In this document: one piece after another, positions 1 to 13,300 of the stretch | Position numbering within the stretch: position 1 is the first letter of the stretch | How the letters are laid out: each line of letters begins with the position of its first letter | Assembly: GCF_964204645.1 (NCBI RefSeq) | Contig: NC_134026.1 | Span: forward strand, 27,314,150-27,378,149 | Direction: 5' to 3' | DNA: 64,000 bases | From: Tubulanus polymorphus | Taxonomy: Eukaryota; Animalia; Nemertea | Position numbers and translations under genes: made by a program | The notes under the pieces: generated by a model | Databases searched by the model: none | Told to the model about the DNA's origin: nothing | Seen by the model: only the letters and a program-made list of their open reading frames with translations

Positions 1-1350
1 TTGGGACCTTTTGGAAAAGACTGTAACCTCTAGTGAACTTAGTATTGGCATCTTTGGCTGAATTAACTCTAAATGATACTGTACTAGGCCTAGAGTCAGG
101 ATCTTTATTTAGGTCACAATTTAAGGCTAAACTAGTTCCAAATTCTTCGAACACCAAATATTCAAAATTGTAATTTACATATTTCTATCCATTTAATATA
201 CATTTATTCATTCTTGATGTTAGATACTTTTTTAAGTCTTACCTTTGGAAGTTAAATATTCCTTGTGGATTGTTGGAAATCGAGAATTCCCGAAGAGCTA
301 ACGCTGACTTTGATCAACAAGTGTTGAACGAATGCGACGGGTGAAATGGGACCTTTATTGAAATCATGTCCCTTATTTGAATATCAAGAGTAATTTTAAC
401 CTTTGTTCATTGAGGTCAACAGGTTTTATGATATGTATGGGCATATCTCTCGGCCTACACCGATATAGAATACCTAAATGTGGCCTATGAATGATTACAC
501 TACATTATTCATATGTAAATGAGTATAGCTCTTTTCAAGTAATGATTTCCTAATTTGAATGTGTCCTAGTTCAACGGTGGTATTTCGGGGACTATTGACT
601 AGATTCATTGTACAAATACTGGCTTGAAATACGCTATCTGAAACGGAAGGGTGTGTATGCGTCCATAGTGTCGGAATTATATATTCACGTCACTTGTTGA
701 GAGATTTAGGTAAGGTTAAAAACTATTTTGTTAAAACAATATAAATCAGTAGCTAATGTAATTAAGAATGTTTCACTCCAGTTGTTGAGGATCCAGTTTT
801 AGGTAGGCCTATATAGATAATTGTGGAAAGTTTTACACAACAAAATTACACTTAAAAAGGGTTTGTGAGTAAGGATTTATTGAACTCTGATCAGTATACA
901 TCACCGTAGCTCAGCAATATATTTCTATTTAATTCTCATACAGCTAAAATGTGTTCACTAACTTACTGTTGGGGTTACTGAGTGGTTGCATTTATAGAAT
1001 AGTTTTTCGGGAAAAACAATGTATGAATTTGTGACTATTAGATGTAGTGCATGATTGAATTAAAGGGTTAATGATTGCCAGTTTAAATATAAATGTAGGC
1101 AGCAGTTGTTCCCTCTCCGGTATTTTCTACATAAATATGTTATCAATAAAATATTGATCATAAACTAACTCACTGCAGCAGAGTACTGCACTGTATTTAA
1201 TGCAAAGGATATCATTTAGTTTCACTGTTTGTTTCAATATTTGTCACGTTCGACTTGATGCCGATCAAATTTCGGATTTAGTGCATATTCTTAGATTTGA
1301 CAGTTTTTACCGAGTTTCACCCTGTATCATTGGAGGTTTAGGAATTTATT

Positions 1351-4300
1351 ATGCTCTTTATGAAAAACCATAGTTTTCGGGAAGATGGCTATAAGCAGGT
1401 AACATTGGTTGGTAAAAGTGTGATTCATTGCGGGACTTACTCTATAAAAAGATGCCTCTAGGTCTAGTCATTTCCTGGTTACCATGTATAATACAATCGA
1501 CATTCTTTTGTTCTTCAGGACCAACACGTAGAACAGAAAGAAGCGAAAAAGACTTCTCCTAAAAAGCAGCCTGTCCATTCATCTGCCAAAATGGTGAAAG
1601 TGCGAGTATTGCTCCTGGATGGTGATGATTTAGAGGTGGAAATTGATGTAAGTTGATTTATCAGAACAATTTCAATCAATATTTCTGCATTCATCTGGTA
1701 CGTGATATGAGACCCTCGATGAAAACTGGTTTTAGCTATGTTCGCCATTCTAGAAAGTCGCTGTATTTACCCTTGACTGGGTGACATGACCCCGGTGTCC
1801 TCGGAATAGATACATTTCTAAAGGAAACTAATCATATTTCCTAATACTATGTTAGATACTTTAAATGTTTGATCACAGCTGAACGACTGCTAACCCATTA
1901 GAGGCCTACATTATTTTATGTCAGCATATATTCTCCTCTAATATCATTAAACATTGTGTGGATAGGGGTTGGTTACTCATTACTGAAGTACGTCTCTGCT
2001 TATGCGTATAGTGTATGTCTGGTTTTTAATTGAATGGTGACAATATTGATCAGTGCTTGCGCATTCCTCTTCGCAAAAGTTTTTAGCACCATTACGACTT
2101 GCAAACAAACAGTCATAGACACGAAACGACAGGCCTTTATCATGTTTTAATGTTCTGACTCAGTTCAAAAAATATCGTCCGAAAATCTTCTTGTCCAAAT
2201 AACAATAATATGTAATAAAGATAGATTATCAAAACCATGTTTTTCATATTATAGAAAAAAGCGAAAGGCCAGGTTTTAATCGATTCAATAGCCGATCATC
2301 TGAATCTGCTAGAGAAAGATTACTTCAGCGTAATATTCAGAGATAATTCAGAAACATGGGTAAGAAATCCTCGCTTGATACATATTGAAATTCCGGTATA
2401 GACATTTCATTGTTAATAAGACTTGTTAATAAGACTTTTCATTCTCGTTGTAGTTCTGGTTAAATCATGAGAAAAAGATGGGAAAACAAATGAAAAGTAA
2501 GTGTGCGATTGACGTGTGGTGTGTTGTAGCTTCCTCCGTTAGCAGTAGACATTCACTATGTGGGACAGTAGTTGCTCTGTATAAACAGTGAACGTTAAAA
2601 TGATGTTAATATCTAATTAGGGCTTCCCCAAAAATACATCAAAGAGGAATTATATTAATCAGTAGCTAATGAGGATGGATCTGATAATGATATTTCTATT
2701 TCCGGTAGCTGTGTGTGAATATTTATCTGTGTTTCCATCCTGTTACATGACTCACTCTTTTAGCATATGTCACCCTATTAGTAGTAGTATTTAGAAGCGT
2801 GGGCCAATTTTGTAATAAAATGGAAGTAATGTGGGCACAGATCTGGTAATGATTCGAATAATAAAGGAGTTTCCTGGTTGGAATTTATCCTGAAAATGTA
2901 CAAAATGCCTTAATGTAAATTAGGTCAACGCGGTAATAAAAAAAACTTATGTTTCAGTTGACTTGTACAGTTGCATACAAATTGTTGAGTGAATGTTATA
3001 TGATACATAGCACACAGCTCTTGAGCTGTCTGTACATGAGATGAGATATGTGATTATCTATACTGGCGTGGGTATGAAGCAAGTGTGTGGCTCACGCTGA
3101 ATGCCGTATTGTGATCAACTGAGCTTGTGTTTTACTCTCTTACTGATCATTCACTTTACTACACTTCTTATACCTAAAATTGATTAATCCAGGACCATAG
3201 TGCTGTGCTGGGATTTCACTAATTCTCGTGCCCAGTCTCCAGTCATTGGTACATTACAAATCAGAAAATTAGCAAATTATTTAGGCATAAATCGATAAAT
3301 TGCTAGGTCTATTGACCTAGAGTGATACATCATATCATAGTGATAGATTATAAATACCGTAATACAGTTTAGTGCTTAGAAATATTAAGTGAACAACAAA
3401 TGGCTAGGTAACGGGGGCACAATTGATTCGGCTCGAGTATTCTGTAAAGAATTTTATCACCAAGCCATCAGGTCTGGGAAGCAGCTTAATCTAATATGCC
3501 TAGATTCCGATGAGTGATTAGAATATCCTAGTGTTGGCATAATAATAACCAAGGCTGTGACATCGAAAAAAATTTATTTCATTATCTTGATTATCGATTT
3601 ATTCTTAGACATGGCTGACCTCAAATCTGTGGTTTTCTTGATATTGCAGATAGCCCTTGGGTTTTTGAATTCAGAGTAAAATTCTACCCACCAGACCCAA
3701 CTGTTTTACAAGAAGATATCACAAGGTTAGTGAATAATATAATATATATCATATATCTCATCAATTCTAGAAGTAAACTCTGCTTTGAAGAAGTTGATTG
3801 GTTGTAAATTATTATTTTCACTTTTAGATACAATTTATGTTTACAACTACGAAATGATATTTTGGCTGGAAGATTACCATGTTCTTTTGTCACACACGCG
3901 CTCCTCGGGTCGTACACTGTGCAATCAGAACTGGGTGACTTCGACGCTGAAACTGCCAATGGTATCCAATATTTATCTGAATATTATTTCGCACCTAACC
4001 AAACTCCAGAACTGTTGGAGAAAATTGCTGAATTACATAAGACGCATCGGTAAGTATTTATCGTGGGCCTTGCAATGATAAAAACTTTTTATTATAATGA
4101 AATTTTTGGGGATAATTTATCAAGTTACTAGGGGAAACCAGGTTTTATCCCAAACAGACAACCTGCTCATTGTAAACCTTGATTACAAGTTATATGGATT
4201 ACCAGTAATCTTGTTCTGAAACTAAATCTATCATTATGTGAATCATGATGTTGAAAGTGCTTCATTTCTCCTCAAATAGACTACCGGTAGTAATGACTAA

Positions 4301-7300
4301 CTACTGGTTTGATTATCTCTTCACAGTAGGTGGCAGCATTGTGTGATGGATCAAAAATAGATGCATTTCTAATGATGATTGTTTGATTATCTTTGTAGCG
4401 GTGAAACCCCATCCGTAGCAGATATCCATTTCTTAGAAAATGCCAAGAAATTAGCAATGTATGGTGTTGACTTGCATCATGCACTGGTATGTGATAAATG
4501 TTAATGATTGATTACCCTTATCAAAAATCCACAGACTGGTCTTACATGAATTTCTGCCCGTATACATAGTTTTGAATGTCAATATTTGTGCTCTGGGATT
4601 GTTAAATCTGAAAATATTTAAATAGAAAAATGAATATACCTGTTGTATATAAACGGGAATGAATTCATTTCTAGGATTCAGAAAATGTCGACATCATGAT
4701 CGGTGTTTGCTGCACTGGTTTAATGATATATCGAGATAAACTTCGAATCAACAGATTTCCGTGGCCGAAAATCCTGAAAATTTCGTACAAGAGGAACCAG
4801 TTCTTTGTGAAAGTTAGACCGGGAGAGGTAAATTAAATTCTGATGGCATTAGTGATATAAAATGAAATTAGTTAATGTTCTAGTGATGAGAATGTTTTGT
4901 ATAATGATTTTATATAGACAGTCCTTGATGGTGCTAGTAGCGTGACGGTATGTATGGAAATATAGCACCAGCAGATATATATCAATCAATCCAATGTTAC
5001 TAGATTTCATCATGGACGTATAAACTCTAGTTTCATGTAAAGATCTTTGTCTTTCAGCTGACACTCTTGACATTTGTGCATGCTTTGTTCAATCAATTAT
5101 CTCCAAACAATTTTACTTCAATTTCATTTCATTTAAATACCTCATCACTTTGTACATTTTGGAGTTTGTTTGAGTTGTAGGAATGTGGGCTGTATGAATG
5201 TATAATTATTCCTATATATTCATGTTTTTGTCGTTATTTTTACGTTTTTTTAGTTTGAACAGTATGAAAGCACAATTGGTTTTAAGTTGGCTAATTATCG
5301 TTTAGCTAAACGACTCTGGAAAACTGCGGTAGAACATCATACATTCTTCAGGTAACGGTAAATTTTGGAGTCGTTTCGTTATTTCGAGAAGTCGACGAAA
5401 ACTGCATCTATCGATAATTGACTTGTAGATTGAAGGAAGCCGATTCTGCTGAGAAGACAGTTATATTCCCGCGGTTTGGTTCGCGATTCCGATTCTCCGG
5501 TAGAACCCAACATCAGACCAAACAAGCTCTGATCGAACGACCAGCGCCGAACTTTGACAGAGTCGCCAGTAAACGTAAATCACGTAGTATGGATGGAGGT
5601 ATGTCGCATTCATTCGTAGAATCTTAATCATAAAACACATCATCATATGAGAAATGTTGTAATTTTTCCCTCGCAGTAACTGCCTTGCCAATTTTTTGTG
5701 CACAGAATTCACTGAATTTGCTTATTTTTCATCCATTTTGTTGGTTCATTTTATCACAAACACTTTATGTCACTCGCTTTACAACAAAATTTTCTACTTA
5801 CGATCGATTGAATAGTTCAGTCAGTATCTTACATTATTTTAGTTGCTTTCTCATATCATAATATCACAGATATAAACTGATATTTATGGCCTGAAATGGT
5901 AGTATATAGATATATTTGCTTATAACTGGTCATTGGATATTTCTGCATTGCAAGACTACCTGGTATGATGTTATTCTGCATATCTCTTGATACAAATTGT
6001 ATTGAATTTCCATTGTTTCAGAAAATGAAAGATTAAATTGGGGTAAATTTGATTTAGCTTTTCAAAAGCTAACAAATCCGACTTGAGTTGCACAGAAGAG
6101 TTAGTCAACTAATTAAGAATTATTCATAAGATTTACGATATACATTAAAGATTACAAAGTTCTTGATAACCATTTTATCTGATTTGAAAGATTTTAGTTG
6201 GATTTTTTCTAAAAACAGATAAAAAGTTTATTTGTTTTTAGTTTTACTATTTATCTGATATATTATACACAATATGCACCTTATAAATTAGAGTAGCATG
6301 ATTTCAAATTGTGTTGTCATCTTATGTCTGTCGTACGTTAAAAACTGTCTCCATTGTTGAGTTGAGAATCTGTTGATTTGCAACGTTGGAATATCAGCTT
6401 CGATAACGGGCTCTAATTTGGGTAAACTTTCTCAAGCGAGTGTGTCGCTTATGCTCATCAAACTGCTTGAACTAGTTGTTCAATAAACTCTTGCTTGATG
6501 CTCAGTGTTCATTTCAGAATATATTCTCTCTGTCTCTACAGCTTGTTGCCATTTCATTAATGAATAAACTGCTATTACAGGCCTAGCTTATTCCTCAGAT
6601 ACGATCACTAGATTGAAAGGTACCCACTCCAGCATGTTCTGTTTTATTATCACCATCTTTTTTCACTAACTTAAGAGCAATATGTAAAATCTCCTAATAC
6701 CAGTATGCTAGTATTCGAAATAACCTTCCATTGTTCATCGTTTTCTAATTTTACTATCTATTTTTGCACTATTGCTCTTAATGAATGTATCATCATGTTG
6801 CTGAAAAAATGATTTCAATTGTTATGCGTGTGCTATGATTAGATATTGATTATTCATGAATATGTGACCTTGATGAACTAACAACTCAAACCAATTATTG
6901 ACTGCTCAGATTCACACTTAAACTACGTACTTGTAGAATTTTTTCAATAGCACATAAAACTCGCACCAGAAACATCCACCACCTCTTCGCTGGTCCAATT
7001 ATTTATGGATATCATATCATTTATAATCATGCATGTAATGATTGATGCACTTGCTATGATAAATTACTTACCATACCTCAGTACCCTGATATGCATTGAC
7101 TGAAATGCTGTGTCATTGACATGGTGGTACTGGTACATGTATTGTCAAAAATTTGCATTTAATTTACTGGTATGTTATTAGAAAATATCTGTATTTTAAT
7201 ATATACCGGTACAGTAAACCTCACCTAACTCGGACAAACTAGGGGTGGCAAAATTGGCCTGACGTATTAGGCGATGTCAGAAAAATGATTTTGTTTAGTC

Positions 7301-10300
7301 TGCGTAAGTCAGTGAGTCATGTCCGGTCATGGCCGAATAAGGCGAGGTTTACTGATTATTCCAATATTTCTCCAATATCATTACAATACAATAAGGTTGC
7401 ATCAAGTTAATATGTAATATGTGAATGCAAAAGATAGTTAGTTTTATAGTTTTCTAGTTGCTGATGTTCATGCAGTAATGATAAAAAAAATGTATAAATA
7501 TGATAAAATATCCATAGATAATTCATTGTTATTGCATTGTAGGTTATGGAACCTATCCTAGAGGAGATCAGTATGACCGTGGAAATGAACATGATAAAGA
7601 TAGCATTCCCATGCATCCTCTGCGAGGCAGTCGCAGTGGTGACGTACCATACGGAGACCGTGACAGCAAACATCTCGCTCCTCACGAGGATGATAATTTG
7701 GAAGGCTATAGACCGGTACGTTTTTCTAACCATTTAGTCGTCAATATGTCAACATATTATCCCTTTATTGCAGCTTGGTATTTTTGTCTAAATTCCTCTC
7801 CGAATGTTCATGCGTTTAACCTGCGTTTTGGTAATGGATAGAAGATGGTCTCCTCTCTATTTTAAGTCCGGATTACGTTCATCAACCTTTGCATGATTAT
7901 TACATGTATTAAACTATATCATGTTTATCATCCTCATACTGCATGGAGGTTCCATCTCCTTATATTGTTCTAGGTCTCGTTACCTTATGATTTCATTTAG
8001 TTTCATAGTGTTTTTCATGTAGTGAAAGATTTTGTTCTTTCTAAGAAAAATCAATTTTTATCGATATTTATTCTAATTCTTGATGAATGAGTAGGAACGA
8101 CAATTATTTGGGCAGCAGAACAGTTCAGACTCTACAGTACCACCTAGAGGTCCACTAGTAACTACATATGATCTGCCGGCTGGGTCGATAGACACTAAGA
8201 AGGAGTATTACAAGCTCAGTCCCGATGATGATCACTTACAAAACAGTCATATAAAGGTTTTGCTGTTCTGCTATGTGTACTATTTCCATCTACTTCTACG
8301 TTTATATGTAGACCTCTCCAGTTCCTTTTATGGGTAGATTTCAAAGTTTGTTTCAATGTTTTTCGTGATTTTTCCCAAGTCATATCAGTATTGATCACAT
8401 CAAACTTAAAAAAATTTGGAAGCGAAAATATAGTTCATTTTCATAGACTGATCTGATTTGAAGGTGTTTACTGTTTCAGTATCTTATGTAGCAACAGTTA
8501 GATGTTCTAAATTATGTGTGAGGGTGCCGAATGTAGTGGTCTGAGAAGCTCTGAAATCTATCCACAATCAGGAAAACTCACATTGCACAGGCATAGCAAA
8601 TCTCTGAACCCTGGATGAAAATTTGTACACAAAATATATCATATTTATTCAATGAAGCATGTGACATTTTATGTTTCTTGCTGCTCATGCTTTTCGCATG
8701 TTTTCAGATCAAAAAGTCAGTTACCAAGTCTTCTACTTTCATTATTTAAAAAATATTTCTCTATGATTAAACATTCATGTAGCAACGAATGAGGAGCGAC
8801 AAGGTTGGCAAATAAATCTGATTTCTCACCACCACACTAGTGCATTTTGGATTTGAAATGTTGGTTCATTAGAAAAATTGGGGGAATTTATTTTCAAGAC
8901 CCATGTATCCTCTTCCTATTCCTCCTGTCTTTTCCTCTCCCTCCTCGATTCCTTTTGATTTTCTTTTCGTTGAGTGCATCGTTGTATTATGAAACCACTT
9001 GATATCGAATGATGTGGTTATTTATTTTTGTTGTAGAATAATAAAGTACAGAGTGTGAGCAGTATTTAGAATTGAATTTTATTTTCATGATCACTGTTCT
9101 GATAATGATGCAGATATTTTATTTCAGTTATTGCTGTGCAGCACATTTTTATGATATATTTTACAACACTGTTCTTTGATTGATTGAAGTTATTATGATG
9201 ATTTGATTTGGATTCCCAATTTGAATGTTTTTTAAATCAATGATTTGTATGTATTTAGGGTCCGGGAAGCAGTCGAGAGAAGTTGCTAGGTCGTCCAGAC
9301 AGTTCCAACCCCGACGGTCTCCTTAATGCAGGTGCCAACCATGGCTTAGATGAGGTTAAGATTAGTTTTCATTATTTCATGCTTTGGTATGGTCTAACTG
9401 CTTTGTCTTCCCTAATCTCCTTTGTAAAAAAAAAAAGAAACACTCTTACACGCATATTTGTTACCACAGCGCTTGAACACACTTTATGTATGTATTCCAT
9501 GTATTTGTATTCCAAATCTTTTTATGAAGTACCAAATTTTCAACAGTTATTCAGATCAATTCAAAATAATAGCATGTTGTTAAAAAAGTACATCATATTA
9601 TAATGAATTTATGTAAAAGATTGCTTGCTGGCATTTTTGTGTTTAGTTTTCTCTTCAGCCACTGTATGTCAGCACATGGTGCACATTATTTAGTCCTGAC
9701 ATACTTTAGTTAGAACTCGCTATTTAGATGCAGTACTGAGAATGTTTTCATCTATCATCAGTACATTTTTACGAAATGTCTTTATGTACATAATATGATA
9801 TATTATATGATTCTCTGTACAATGAAGTTTTGATAGTCTACACTAAATTCAATGTTTCTGTTTGGATGATTTGCATGTTGATAATGATAGATTAGTAGTA
9901 TTTTTTTCTATATCTCTGTGACATGCCTCCTTGTTGTCCATTGTTATTTGTTTACAAGAGAAAAAAATGTTTTACACAACCCATACCGAGCATGACAAAA
10001 TCCTGCTATTTACTTTACGGCAGGCGGAATCTCAACCAGATTTGCATATCCCAGTTAAGAGGCTGCCCGCTGCCTCCAGGTCATGGTTAGATCAGGTCAG
10101 TGTATTCTAATCAGGTGTTTTGGCAGTTTTCTCCATGGCAAATCAACTAAAATGAAATATATTCTATTCATATACATAAATAGTTCTTTACTACTAATTA
10201 TATTCTGGTGAAAAACTTAGTATATTTGCGTCCATTTGATGTCCTTTTACTAATGTCTCATCCGAAGCAGATTTAACTTTCCTATGTAGTCGTGATAAAT

Positions 10301-13300
10301 TAAAGTTACTACTATAATGATTTTGATGTGTAGAATGTTGCATCGATATTGTGAGAAAGATTTGATTTGACTTGTGTGTGTGTATAACAAAAGAACTTGT
10401 ATTCAAATAAACCATTCATCAAGATTCTTCCTAATTGGATACTATTTGCCGATGTAAGTTGTCGATTTATTTTCTCTAGTAATGAGTAGCCATTAGTGAA
10501 GAATAATGAATTGAAAAAAAAAACCAATTTGCCCTTAGCAACATTCTTCGCTGAGCTTCATAATTGTGTTTGCCATGGAGTATTACTGGGGCCACCAGAT
10601 TGTTTTGTTTCTGATTTCGTGGTAGCACTGACCTGTTAACAACTCCTGCTCATTCATATATGGGTGCAGTCTCTACCATATCGTTCAATTTGTACATTTT
10701 TGCCATAGCTATTTTTGAATATTGAATAACTGTAGATTTTTCCACGTCTTTATTTTTAACGTGAGCAATCTACCTTCCGAATAACAATGTGATGCGTTTG
10801 TGGCATACCGGTATGTCATTTGACCCATTATACACCTGAGTCGAGCTGTTACTTGACTGATTGATCTTCCATGCTATTTGAAATTATGAAGGATTATTGC
10901 TAGTGTTGTACCAATGATGCTTACTGTCCATGTCTCTAGCCTTCAGATCAATTGTATAACATAATTGTTGGCACGATTTGGATGGAACTGGTGAAAGCAT
11001 ACAACATTCCATTAAAACAAATGAAACTGATGATGTTCATCAAGGAATGAGTCTGGGTTTTTAACAGGTCCCTTACATGCTGCCTTAGTGATGCTAATAA
11101 TCATTCAATCAATATCAATTTTCTATGGGCTTCAGGTAGTGTTTGCACTATTGTCCTAAATGATATATTCATCCCATCATCACTAGAATAATTTTCATCA
11201 TTCTGTTCCTCTTATCTTTAAATACCTTTGATCTTTTGCTTAAATACTTTGGTCCAAATAAAAATTTCTGTATTGGTTCAGATATTTCCTATCAATATCT
11301 TTTGGTTTGAAATTCATTCATTAAAACTTAAATAAAATTTCATCTATGTATCTATATTTTAATGTCATCGATCTTGTGAACTAATTTGGCTTTAGTATTA
11401 TACAAATATATTTTGAAATGCGGTGAAATAATATTGATATTTTGATTGTACAAACTTTATAACGCTTTGAATTTGAAGTTGGCCATCTCACTGACCTTTA
11501 CCCAAAGCATGCATTAGGGCTGAAGCTATGATGAGACATGGAAAGTCAGTTTGGCATGTTTATGGTGTATAATGGGTCTTCTCTTTGGGTTGCATATATC
11601 CAGCTTATAAAGTTTTCAGATCTTAGCTGGGCATATGTCACCAGACTATGTGGCTGGTTTTGTATCCATATCCAATGTTATGTGATGTTTAATGATTGGT
11701 TTATGATGTTGATGTTGGGATTTTTATGATAATAGGAGGAATGCAGTTTTCATTTTTTAGGGATTGAGAGGTGGTGATTACTTGAAATATAAATGGGAAT
11801 CCATTGTTGTGTGGTATGAATGACTGCGCATGAATCATATATATCATTAACCTGTACTATCTAGACAACCATGTTGCTGTATCAATATTTGTCCATGTTG
11901 CAATGGTATGAAATCAATTAACCTGTTGCACGTTAATGCTTGGATGAAAGTTTTTTACTAGTGAAGCGTCCACTAGCTCATCATTCCAGTAACATGATGT
12001 TTATACCGTACACATTACCGGTACCTGGTAATTTGTAGCCTTGTATGAAATGATAGTAACAAAGTTTTATTATTTGATTTATATCTAGATCAATCCTGAT
12101 GAAGCCGAACGTTCTGAAAAACATGTCAATAGCCCACCAAGACATGTACTTAGACCTGGAGAGGTAAGAATCATTCATTAAATTGATGCTTGTTCATCCA
12201 CCAGTAGTAGTCCCTATGCTGAACAACCTGTACGGTTAGTTTGATTTGGTGATGGTTTCAAATTTATTGTTTTTCATATTTATTCATATATTTATGTTTG
12301 TATGTATTATTTTTCTGTACTGTTCATGTTTTCTCTGATTAGCAGTTACCTAACCATTTATTCCCTCTTAAAATTTTCAACCTCACTGCATTTTGGAACT
12401 AGGACTTTTGTCTCCTATTCATATAAGACCATACGTCAAAAACTATTTGTGTATTCCATGTTGTAACTATTAAGTAGTTATGTTTATTTATTGCTAAAAA
12501 ATGTATGAATCTTTTATTTTGGATCTAATAACAAGTATTCTGTGGATTGCTAATCAGTTAAATGCAATTAGTATGTTCCGTTGAGTAAGGTTACGTTGAA
12601 ACTGCATGTAGTAAAAGATTGTTGTATGTCACGCTCAATCAATGTGTTACAGCGGGGTTCAGCATACGGCCGACCAATATCTACTGGTCCTGATTCTGAA
12701 CGCGGAGAAAGGGGCTTAAAAACTGGTCGACCAGTAAGTACCCAGCGGACAATCACACTACATTCTTGCGATTGTAACAATTCATTAACCACTAAAACAG
12801 GTTTACAGTTGCATTCTCAAATATAAGAATACAATGGCGGCTGTTAAAGGATGGTTTTATTATATGAATATACTTTGAGACTGCAATTGATATCATCACA
12901 ATGTAATCTGAACCAGCACACTTTGTACATATCATTAGCTGAAAACTAATTGTGTTCTTCTAACCCTCTGTTGCTTGTCCAATTAGTCAGCAGATGAAGG
13001 TGTTGATTCTGATAATGATCACAACAAAACTATTGATTCAGACCCTGAACAGGCAGGAGAGGTAACTTCAGTGTTGTTTCCAAGATTTCTTTGCAATCAT
13101 GAAGTCTTGCAAATTCATTTGGTTGCAGGAAATGTGAATGAATGTTGTCTTCAGTGTTACCTTTTACATGTCAATACAGCATTTCTATTTTATCGTGCAA
13201 TACCATACACTGCAGAGATTTTGCTTTCCTTCATTAAATACACTAGAATGAATGAAAATTCATATTCATTTGAGTTGATAGGAGTAATTCTGCCAGTCAG

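Noticed and set aside
7546-7737. Alternative-frame and antisense ORFs over a 4.1 exon (also 3785, 32905, 46264, 53351 and others)
   Set aside because: Shadow frames of real exons; the splice phases support other frames.
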